From contig NGBS01000872.1 of assembly GCA_002245135.1 (NCBI GenBank), positions 124,001 to 188,000 of the forward strand: DNA of 64,000 nt. Reading direction: 5' to 3'. Under the pieces are notes generated by a model. That model had not been told where the DNA came from. It did not search any database and was given only the letters and a program-made list of their open reading frames with translations. This document shows positions 52,566 to 64,000 of the stretch, piece after piece; position 1 is the first letter of the stretch, and every line of letters begins with the position of its first letter. Position numbers and translations under genes: made by a program. Source of the stretch: Proteromonas lacertae (lineage: Eukaryota).

Positions 52566-54227
52566 ATGTCAAATCCTGGAAGTAGTGATGATTTACCATT
52601 AAGAAGTTTTCATAATAATGTTTTTGAAGCATATTCAGAAGCAAAGTCTTTACTGGAGCTTCTAAAGCATGTTAGAGAAAGAGAACCGAAATTTATAGTA
52701 TATTTAAATCGATATTCTCAATAGACTAAACTTGTAGAAGAAGCACCTGTAGAAATTCATAATACAGGGTATTTAGAAGAAAATATGAAAAATAAAAAAG
52801 AAGCCTTGAATAAATGTAGAGAATCAATTCATAATCGTATTGAAATGTTGAGAAAAACAGTAAGTGAAGATAGAAATTCATTTGAACAACTCCATAAATG
52901 TCGATTTGTTTGGACATTTTCCCATCCAACCCTCCCCTCTAATTCAGTTTTTACTAGAAAAGATCCAATAGTAATAAATTGTGAATGGTTATATAATGGT
53001 GGAAATCTATATAGTCGATTAAAAACATATGTGAAAGTATTATTTCGTGATGGATTACACTTTATTCCACCTTCTCCAAATATATTATTCACTTTATTGT
53101 GTACTGTTCAATTGGGAGATTGTATAAATATATATATCTTTATATTTTATTCAATAGTAAAATGTTCATTTTCATTATGGTCAGTGTTTTATAATTTATA
53201 TTGTATTTTACTAGCAAATAGATCACTTCAGAATTACTGTGCAGATAGTCGAGTTAATAATAATAATAGTAATAATTATTTATTATTTCAAATAAGACAT
53301 AGAAATATGTGTGAAGTGATATTTAATGTATTAAAAGAATCACTTCAGAATAATTCAGTTTTAGATCAATTAGATTATTGTATAAATCCCCAAATATCAG
53401 ATAATTCTATCACACTCAATATTGAATCTTATACTGTCACTTTGTCATTTATTCCATTATTACAATTGAAAGATTTACATCAAAATCCATGTAAAGAAGG
53501 TATAATAATTGTTTATATATTGAATAGAAAAATTTTTGAATAAATTATGTTTGAAATTTTTTCATTCTCTCATTTCAAACATATTTGACAGATACAAACA
53601 ACAATTATCAACAACCATTTATAAAGAACATCATTCTAATGATTCTATACCGATATTACTACCAATAATGAATTCGCTCTATCATTCAATAATACTCAAT
53701 AAAGTTCAAATTATAGTATCAGAAGTAATGCAACAATGGAATAACATTGATTTAAGATATAATACAGAAATAAAGAAATTTGAAATTCATAATATACAAA
53801 CAGCTCATAATAAAGTATTATATATTATTATATATATTGTAAATAGAATAAATGTATAATATATTTTGAAGATTATAAAACAATAATAATTACAATTCAT
53901 AATGGTCAAGTGTTTATTCCACTAATCAATCCAAGATTAGTAATCACAAATTTGTATTTATCACTCTTAAATGCATTATTATTAACATTTCTAACCAATT
54001 TACAGAAAGAATTAGAATCTACAGAAATAAAATCAATAATTTCACCACCTTTTCCACCATATGTAATTGGATTGAAGTTAATTATGACAAAAAAAGAATT
54101 TCAACTCCAATTTTATCCAAATGTTGATAATAAGCAAATTCAAATATTATTTTATGTAAATGGTCAAAATAGAATATGGTCACAACTACAAGGTAATAAT
54201 TGGATAGAAAAAATAATTAATCTTTAG
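52566..54227 (+). CDS. MED17: Mediator subunit MED17-like
   Basis: EAYSEAKSLLELL and KKEALNKCRESI...LRKTVSEDRNSFEQLHKCRFVW resemble MED17 N-terminal helices. Confidence 0.55.
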
Positions 54228-54343
54228 TTTTTTGTTTTTTAAGAATGTTTTATTTACAAAAAAAAAAAACAATATACAAATTATTATTATATTACTATAG
54301 ATGCATGAATTAAAATAATTAATATTTCACGTGTGTGTGTGTG

Positions 54344-55598
54344 CTAATTTAATTTATTATAAGTTACTAAGCAACTGACTTATATACGCGTCACTTAATA
54401 TACCTTCCTCTTCTTTCTTCTTAGGTACAATTGTTTTAGTCTTCTTCTCTATATAGCCAGTAATCTTTGTCAATCCTTTCGAAGTAACGCCAAACATTGG
54501 TTCAGTTTTAGATTCTGTCATTTCTTTCTTCTTGTTCTGATATTCTGTAACTTTCTTCTTCTTTAAAGCTCTCTGTTCATACCAAGGTAATCTATTATCA
54601 TATGCAGAATATGGTTGAACAGTGTGAGATTTTTGAATTTCCTATATATAATAATATATATATATCATTATACAGTTAAATCATCTAGTATTTGTTCAGG
54701 TGTAGCAACCTTTGGTGCAATTAACGAATAAGATCCAATCGGTGAATTTATACAGTTTTTATTCTCTACAGTATGTTTAGGAAATGCTTGTGTTGATCTA
54801 GATGTTGCCATCCTTGGAGAAGCTCCTGATTTCGTAATTGTAGTTGTAGTAGCTGGAGATACTAATGGAGTAACTGAGGTTGTGGTAAATAGTGTGGAGG
54901 TTTCTTGCGCTGTTTGTGGTCTCTGTCTAGACTGAGTTGGAGGAGTTGATTGATCTTTTGTTGGTTTTTCTTTTGCTGAAGATGGACGGATTGGCGTATA
55001 TTCACATTGCCATCTAGTTGTAGATGATAGACTTTTACGAGTATTTTCTTCTAATACATCTTGTGGACTAATTAATTGGATTAATTAACAAAAATATACG
55101 GTAATAAATAATCTTTCTTCTGTTGATAATGATCATGTATTGTTACTGTAAATGCTGCTTTGTCATATCGTTTTTTACTGTGTAAATCGGGTAATGAAAC
55201 AGTTTGTGATTTCGATCTGTGATGGCCAAACTTTGATTTACTTCGTCTATGCCCACCTGATTTAGGCGTTTTATACTTTTCTAATTCAGGAGGACAACTA
55301 AAATTCCTATAATATCAATAATATACTGAAAAGGAGAAGCAGCGAGTGTGGAAAAATCTGTGGAACTAAATGACTTTGATTGATCAGTATCTGCATAAAG
55401 TTTTTTATAAAATTTGTCATAAGGTAGAGCATCATGTAATGCTCCGACTTTATGTCCTGGAGGATGTTGTTGTCCATTTCCTTGATGAGCTGGAGAGTAT
55501 ATCATAGCGGCTTTAGAAGATTGCAAATGAGGAATGAGTTCAGCTCTACGAGGTGACTCTGTACCATCAAATGTTGGTGTGACTATAGTTAGTGACAT
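54344..55598 (-). CDS. Hypothetical Ser/Thr/Pro-rich protein
   Basis: Continuous spliced frame through several GT-AG introns; 3' end approximate. Confidence 0.55.
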
Positions 55599-55647
55599 AT
55601 AAATTTAATAACCTAATATTTGTGCTATTGTATCAATTGAAACGACA

Positions 55648-58600
55648 ATGATTTTTCTAAAGATTAAACTGGGGTTTTCAATGGAAAATTGGGGTGATGT
55701 TTTGGTTATGTTCTCTGAGCAAATTAGCGCCAAATACCAGAGCTTATTCAGTATGATTGAATTAATGTTATTTTGCAACTAGAGCAATTTGAGGATTGTA
55801 AGCCTGGTAGTTTTTTCAACAGAATACTCTGTATTGACTATTTTTTATGTTTTTAGATGATCCTCAATTAGTAGATAAAGTAAATCTTGAAGATAAGAAC
55901 AAAAATACAATAAAGAACACAAATAAAAACTCCGTTAACCTATTTTCTAAATTAAGAAGAAAGAAGTGGACTAATATCCAAGAAAATATTTATAAAAATC
56001 GTAAAGAATTAGTTAATGAATATTTATATTATTTTACATGTATAATTGATTGTTATTCTCAATTTAGTACAAAAATCATTGCTAAGAATTGGATCATTTT
56101 CAGAACAAGAAAAATTACTGTTTCAAAAACAAATGGAATTGTTTAAACAAAATAATTGGAAATTGAGTGAATTATGGGGTTTATTCAGTATACCATTCAA
56201 GCATAGAAATGGTAGACAGTGTAGAGACTATTATATATCATCAAATCTACAGAATTATAAATTAGAAGAAGAGAATATTTCAGATAACATTCATTTTACC
56301 CCAATTAACAAATCTTCATTATCATCTTGTTTTGATTATTATAAAGATAAAATAGAATCATTATTATCACACTATGATGATAATGAAAAACAAAATAATA
56401 TAAATAAAGGTAATAATGAAATAGATAACGAAAGTAGTGGTAGTGAAAATGATATAATTCCATTAAAAATTCATAAGAAACAAAAACAATCAAATTCATC
56501 TCTTCCTAGCTTCTCCATCAGATTCTCCACATCAAATCAAAATAAAACCATTATATATATCATCTTCTGAATCATCTGAATCATCAACAAATTCAACACC
56601 AATCAATTCTCCCATCATTTCACCTATTAACTCTCCTTTAGACTTTCCTATTGATTCACCATCACTAATACCTGAAGATAATAATAATAATAATAATATT
56701 TATACGAAAGTAATAATAAACAATAATGATGAAGATAATTGTAGTAGTTATAGCAGTGATAGTAGTGATGATAATGAACAGCCATTAACTGAGTTATTAC
56801 AACCATTATCACCATCACATAATAATAAAGTCATTCATAGATCCAGATCAAGACATAATAATAGACATAGAGATGGAAGTAGTATTAAGATTATTGAAAA
56901 CTATGGAAATCATAAACATAGAAATCATAACAAACAGATTCATAGAATTAAGGATAATGATAAAGATAGTATTGATTTAGATAATGATAAAAATATATTA
57001 AATGAAATTCCTTTATCTCCATCTTCTGTTAACTCTGAATCAATAATTCCACATATCACTATAATACACAATTATAAAAACTCAATGAAAAATAGAAGAA
57101 GTAAAAAGAAACAGAATAACACTCAAACTAAAGATATTAAACAATATATAGGTAGAAGAAGTAATATAAATATTAACTCAGATAATGAAGTTAATAATAG
57201 TAATATAATAGATAACAATATTGATAATGAAAATGATGTTAATGATAATGAAATACCAAACACTAATTCATCTTCTAAACCACTTAAACCAATAGAAAAT
57301 GAATATTCAGGAAGATCTTTAGAGAATAAACCAATTATCCAATCAAAACCACAAAAGATTATTCAATTTTCATTTCCTGAAAGTATAAAACCAATAAATT
57401 ATCCAATATCTACACAAAACCAATCATTTACATTGATTGATGATTGTTCTTACTATTTTGATGATTTATGGAATGAAAATGACTTAGAGTCAATATTGTC
57501 TATCACATTCATGAAATCATTGAAGTTTATTATAAGTAATGAGAATGTGAATGAAGAGAATCAAAAATGTATTAATATACTACTCTCAGTTGATCAATAT
57601 ATCAATTATAATATTAAAGTGAATAACAATCTATCTACATTTTATGAAGGATTATCAAGTTGTGTTAGAAACATATTGTATAAGTTAACAACACAAATAC
57701 AACAAATGAATATTGTTGCTTCTCAAGTAGAATCAATTTTGAATATATTTTTCATTTATCTGTATAAATGGTATAAGTATTGTCAAAATTCTGAAGAGTA
57801 TAAGTTTATTTAATATAATATATGTATAGGTTATTTTATTATATTATTTCATGTCATTTATACTTGTTAGTTATTAATATAAAAATATCAATTTCTGCTT
57901 TTTCAGCTTTCTTCATTCCATTTCAAATTATTCAGTCACTTAATGCTAAAGATTATAAAGTAATTGACAGAATATTCTCTTCAAATTACTGTTTATATAA
58001 TAACTGTAAAGCCAACAAATATCAATGTAGTTACAAATATAACATATTCTTAATACTCACTTATTTGATGTTGTATAAATATGAAGATGAATCTAAACAG
58101 TATGTAAAGAAAAACTCAATACAAGACAATGATAATTCAAATATAATCAGTTCTACCAAACAATTTTTTAATACTATTTTTAAGGAGTTGATTGATAAAT
58201 GTAGTGATCAAAGGCCATATATAGAAGAACTGTTCAAAACAACTGTTAATGTTATACAATATTTGAATTATACACCAAGTGATTATATCAGTATTTGGAA
58301 TGCAATAAATCCTAAATATGAAGAATCTCGTATATATTTACATTATATTTTCATTGTATATTAGTAAATGAAGTAAATAATGAATCTCATATTAATCATA
58401 TATATCAATGCACAGATTTATTTTGTGATTGTAGAATTCATTCAGTTTACCTCTCTATCATTACTCCAAATTGTAAAGTATATTTTATTCTTTAATTGTT
58501 ATAGAATTATTCAAATACACTGTCATTCTATTCATGTTGTGTTAAGTTTTTAAATCAAATAATAGAACCATTACCACAAACTAAAAGAGCAGCTTTAATA

Positions 58601-61200
58601 GGAGAAATAAGAAGATCTTTAAACAATGTATATAAAGATTATTGTTATTATATTTACTAATAGTTAATATTTAATCAATCATTTCAGTTTTATAATACAA
58701 TTAATGTTCATTTATTAGGAATAAATACAATAGAAACAAAAGACTTAATTGTATTGTTTGGTAAATTGAAAAGATTAAAGAAATTGCCATCCAATGATAA
58801 TAACAATAGCAACAGAGTATCAGTTATTACACCAATTGATTTAGAAGTGTTATTACAGTTATATACGATTGTTATTATGAAATATATTAACTCAAATATT
58901 CAATTTAATGAAGTGATGTTAGAAATTGGTAAATTATGGAGTTATATTCATTCATTATCGATTATTTCAACACCAAAATCATTATTTCACTTCCTATATA
59001 ACACAATTCAATTCATTTTTAAGTATTTCATAAGAAATAATGTTATAAACAATGAACCAATTCTATTTCCATTTCATGAATGTATAAATATATATTTAGG
59101 TGAAACTATAATCTATAATTATTCTGAAGTTATATTACATTATATTAAGATGATATCTGCTTTTTTGTCTCACTCAGAATATGAAATAAAAGAACAACAA
59201 CAACAGCAACAAGCTAATAATTCTGAAGAAAACTCTTCCAATAATGATGAGATTTCTGATTTGGATATTTCTTTGTTAGTTGAAGAAAGTGACACTTCAT
59301 ATCAATCTTTACTAGATAAATATATAATTGATGATTTATATCCACATTATAACTCACTTCTCAAAGCAATGATTAATAATATAGAGTATATAGAATAGTA
59401 TAAATATATATTCATTTAGACCTGGAACTCCAATCCTTCAAGATATCTATGAAGCAATATCAATATATGAATTTCAGACGATATCACATAATAAAAGCAC
59501 ACATTTCAAAAGTTTTTCATTTTATTCATATCTTCACAATAGTAATAATTTCCTTCAGAAATGGTTTGCTTATCATCCAGTATTAGACATTGTTGATAAT
59601 AATTATATGGAGATGTTATTAGAATCAGTTTTATACTTGTTGTTTTATCAAAATGTATTTTTACTATATTCATATATTTTCATTAGAATATTCCATACAA
59701 AATACTTCTTCATCTGTACAGAATCATTCAATACAACACGCAATCCAATTTCTATTCTATTCTAATAAAGAAGTGGTTATCTGATTTAGAAATAACTCAA
59801 CAGTCTTATGTAAAAGATATTTCTTATAAGTTCATTCTGTCATTCAAAGAAACATATGAGTTATTACATTCAAATAACAAACAACAACAACATGAAAAGA
59901 TATTATCAAAGTATTGACATTCATTTCTATATTATGATTAGAATATTTATTAAAATCTTCTCACCATATATTAATCTAACTAATTACCAATCAAATGCAG
60001 TTAAAATCCAAAGAATAGAATCGTTTGCATTAAATTGTATGATAAAAATACCTACTTTACTATATTCATCAAATCCATTATCTCCTCGTTGGAGTTTAGA
60101 AACTATTCTATCGAATCTTTACTCATATATTGATACAGAGATAAACAGAACAAAAATAATCAATGAATTTCAAGCTCAACATTTATTTGAACTATTGGAA
60201 TGTTTATTAAACACATCATTCAAAGGTGATATTTACATTAAAGCAAAGATAAAGCATCTTTCACATTATATAATTGATGAATTTCAAAAGAAAGTTGAAA
60301 AGGGGGAATGGAAACATGTAATTGAAAGTGTAGTTTATAAACATACCTCAGAATTCTTTTCTGTATGTAAATATCAATTAAAAGGATTATTAGATATGTT
60401 ATTTTCTATAATAAGTGAAATGGTTTTATATATCAACAATCAACCTCCAAGTGCTTTTGTTTCATATTTATTGTTTTTAACTGCAATATTCCATTCAAAA
60501 CAAGATAATGGTAGTAGTTTTAGTTGTTCAATTGATAGTATGATTGTTTTTACTAACCATCATATTCTGATATTTATTCTTTATTCAATTGTTTCAATGT
60601 TACATCAACTGTGGAAAGAGCCAGAACATTCTGTTTTGATGTATATATTTCATTATATTTATATCTCTGTTTAATAGGCAATATTGTTTCGCTTTGATTT
60701 ATAAGATTTTGAGTAATGTTTTGTTTCAACCAATTTCAGTTATTTCAACTCAAAACCCTCCTCAAACTATCAATTGTTGTTCAGTTTATAATCTTAATAC
60801 AATTAATAATAATGATGTTTTCATTAAACTATTCAAGACAATTGGATTATCTTGTCAGTTTGATGTTTATAATAGAAACAAGAATGAGTATATATATAAA
60901 TGTATATTTATAATTTCAATTAGAGTATTTTCAAAGATTGGATCATCATTTAATACTCAATTTGGACAATTAAAACAGTTGTATAATAATCTAAAAATAC
61001 AAAGTGATTCTCATATAATTGGAATTAATACTTCACATATAAATAAAGAGAATTTAGGAGTTTATGCAAAACAGGTAAATGATTTGTGGTATAGAAACTT
61101 TGTGGAGTTTTTGACAAAGTGTAATAGTGTGATAAATGATAATGAAATTGATATAAAAGAATTTAAGATTTGTTTTAATTTAATTAATAATGATAAATAG
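55648..61200 (+). CDS. Large protein with N-terminal Myb/SANT-like motif, Asn-rich linker and helical C-terminus
   Basis: GSFSEQEKLLF...WGLFSIPFKHRNGRQCRDYY; ORFs chained by short introns; one apparent indel near 56545. Confidence 0.55.
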
Positions 61201-61280
61201 AAAGTATAATAGATAATAAGATTTATTTAATGTTCTTATTTTTCAAAGAAAAAAAAAACACTAAATCATAAATACCTAAT

Positions 61281-63008
61281 TTAAATAGTCAATAACAAAA
61301 TATTTATATAATTTACCCACAAATCTCTAATATTTTTATTTCCACACTCAAATAACAATATTTCATTCTCATCTTCTTCACCATACATTTCAATAAGAAG
61401 AGTTTTATCTTTATTAACTATATTAATTAATAAATAACAATATACAAATTTCTGGAATTGAATTATTATTTGGTTCAATTACTTTAACAATATTCTTCAA
61501 TAATAATGTACAATTATAAACAGAATAAACACTATTCCTCATAACAGTATTTAAATGAAAAGATTTAGTTTGAGACTTATAATAAATTGATTGGTTAATA
61601 CATTTATTCAACTCTTTAATATATCTCTTAAAAATATTTCCTTTCTCTAAATATTGAATAGCTATTCTGTTAGATATATTGATTATTTCATTGGTTTTAC
61701 TATCAACTGTATTGATATGAGTATTATTAATCAGCATTTCTGGTGGTTTTGTTTTAACAGGAGAGAATGTAGTTAGTTTATTATTACTATTATCTTTTGT
61801 TGTTGTTGTTGTTGTGTTTGATGATGATGATGTTGTTGTAATATATATTTTATCACTTTTTAGTGTTGATTTCATTAAATCCAACATAGATGAACCATTA
61901 TATGGAGTAAATTTAACTATATTAATAAATAATAATGATCATACTATTAATTCTTCTATTTCTATCCTTCAACAGTGATGATATTTCATTTTCTCTTATC
62001 TCATTATTATTTGAATAATAATTAATATTCCTATCTTTATTCCATAATGAAGTATATATCTTTTGGTATGACTTTAATAACTTACTCATTTGATATTTCT
62101 CTATTCTATTCAAATGTAACATTATTATATCATAATTCTTATCAATTGCTATATTTATTGTTTGAAATAATCCTTTTAGATAGTTTAATATGCTAATATC
62201 ATCATCTAAACACATTCGAAGTGATAAATGGAATAAAAACTGTAAAAATTGAGTGAAATTAAGTGTATATTTTAATGGAGATGATTTACTACCAACTTTC
62301 ATTAAACAACAGGTAAATATCTCTGCGACATCTTCTATTCGTATATTTATGGATGATACTAAACCAAAATCCTTGAGAAATTTATATAATGAAGTATATG
62401 ATATTTGAATTGAATGAGAAGGAGGAATTTCTTTACTTATATATATTCTTATTATTGATTCTAAAATTTGTTTGTAGTTGCTTATATAGTTTTGTATAAC
62501 GATATTATCAAATATTATTTGCTCAGTATACCACTTTATATAATCCCATTTATTTGAATATGGATATATATAGGTATCTAAGAATAATGAAAATTGTTTA
62601 TCATATGACACATGTAAACTAATTATATACTGTGAATTATGTTCTGCTAATCTTACTAATAAGTTGATAAATTCAGAAAATGTAAGATGTTTTTGTTTCT
62701 TTCCATTAATTATACTAATTTCTGAATTAAACATAACTGATGATTTTGCACTATCTACCACTTTTGGATACATCTGAACATCTTTCAGAAAGGCAATGAA
62801 AGAGTGAAGTGAAAAATTATATATATTATATGGATCTCCACATACACAGTAGTATGAATATATGTACCATAACATTTCTAAAGCAATAAACAAGAAAAAC
62901 AATACCATCTGAGTTAATAGCAGGTTCATTATTTTGAGAACTTAATTCTTGAGAATATTTTGAAATTGAACTAATTGTTGAAATAGAATCAAAAGAGGCA
63001 ACTGACAT
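61281..63008 (-). CDS. Protein with p25/EF-hand-like helices and C-terminal PH-like domain
   Basis: LTFSEFINLLVRLA, LNFTQFLQFL; C-terminal LEKGNIFKRY...LLFECGNKNIRDLWVNYI. Confidence 0.55.
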
Positions 63009-63230
63009 ATCAACAAAACTGTCTTTTGTTTCAAAAATTAAATCGTTTCAGATTATTTTAATCTCATTTTTATCATGTTGTAGTGATTTATTTAAAGAGT
63101 AGTTATGCGAACACATTTAACAAATTGGATTAATTGCGTCTGTATGTTATGAAGGTTGTAATTCAACGAATACTGTTGATTGACTTGGGTGTAATATAGC
63201 CTAATAAATTCCTTTAAAATGACTGAATAA

Positions 63231-63485
63231 TTACTAATTAAATATTAATTATTGACAATGACGGTAAATTAACAAAATCTATACTCTAAGGCATTTAACC
63301 TCTTGCTTCTTGATTGGTTTGTTCTTTTTATTTTCTGTAATTGTTTGAAGTGGTTTTCTTGGTATATATTTGCCTTTTCCTTCTTTTTGTGGTAATTTGC
63401 CTGTTAAAGGATCTAGATTCTCTTTTTCCATGATAGAATTAAAAGCATCTGAAGAAACTGATGGACATTTAACTACATCAGCCAT
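63231..63485 (-). CDS. Small protein with KEN box, D-box and C-terminal LR; candidate APC/C regulator
   Basis: EKENLDP, RKPLQTITEN, ...VKCLR. A GT-AG intron at 63234-63284 would place TAA directly after LR. Confidence 0.55.
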
Positions 63486-63587
63486 TTGAACTGAAGTATT
63501 TTTGAAAAAGTGATTTGATTTTTTTGAAATTTAAACAGCTAGTTTGACAAGCCAAACTTTTTTTCTTCATTTCTCATTTTGTCGATT

Positions 63588-64000
63588 ATGGGACACCACA
63601 AGAAACATAAAGATCCATTTACAAAGTATTCCACATGCTCTTTATCATACCTATAGAAATATACAAAATAATCAGGTAAAAAATGATTTTAGAAGGTATT
63701 AATCTACCATTATAAATTGTTAAATAGGATTTCATTTCATAAAGCAAGATCTCCACAAACTGGATTTAATACTCAAAGTAATTCATTCAAAGGAGATTTT
63801 CAAACGAATAATCAACAAAAGAAATCAACGAACATTAAACTAAGTGATTCATCAAAATTTATATACCCAGCAGAGAAAGATAGATTATTTCCAAGATCAG
63901 CAGTAAGAGATACACTGAAATGGAAGAGAGCAGATAAACCAGGTGCAGGTTATTTCAACTTAGGTGCTACCTGTTATTTAGACACATCACTTCAATGTTT
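63588..64000 (+). CDS. Ubiquitin-specific protease USP36/42-like, 5' part (truncated by window)
   Basis: LFPRSAVRDTLKWKRADKPGAGYFNLGATCYLDTSLQC Cys box. Confidence 0.75.

Noticed and set aside
56540..56570. Frameshift in the large Myb-like gene as programmed recoding
   Set aside because: Sits in an A-run/(AT)n tract and is fixed by removing one base; typical sequencing indel.
63048..63050. In-frame TGA upstream of ATG 63008 as another Sec codon
   Set aside because: No Cys-like context and no SECIS seen; probably 5' UTR or intergenic.
1..64000. tRNA, rRNA, CRISPR array, transposase or alternative genetic code
   Set aside because: None seen. Conserved genes translate with the standard code once short introns are removed, and TGA acts as a stop elsewhere (e.g. 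44789, 50270).

Overview
This is an extremely AT-rich, gene-dense eukaryotic nuclear window with about 38 genes. Genes are split by very short GT-AG introns (mostly about 23-45 nt) and separated by 50-300 bp spacers. The architecture suggests a Blastocystis-like (opalozoan) stramenopile with genome-encoded stop codons; this taxonomy is inferred, not shown. Most genes are housekeeping (CNOT9, SHQ1, SET1-like, U1C, eIF2B-beta, USP, MDH, NPL4, SPC25, GCH1, HisRS, FIS1, MED17). Signals the ORF track misses: (1) a multi-pass membrane protein gene (45091-45784, -) with two in-frame TGA codons in C-x4-U and G-G-U-C-W-P motifs and a well-formed type II SECIS in its 3' UTR, i.e. a two-Sec membrane selenoprotein; (2) at least four minor-spliceosome (U12-type) introns of 49-57 nt, two AT-AC and two best explained as AT-AA, with a 7-nt branch-to-3'ss spacer in three of the four; (3) a SNORD13/U13-like snoRNA with antisense elements to the 18S rRNA 3' end; (4) an orientation-specific RGCTTGA motif 30-60 nt upstream of many start codons; (5) cilium/centriole genes (IFT57, RABL2, CEP97-like); (6) a dispersed duplicate BTB-Ig-SPRY gene pair; (7) a small KEN/D-box/LR-tail protein. 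All gene models were built by hand and boundaries are approximate where stated.
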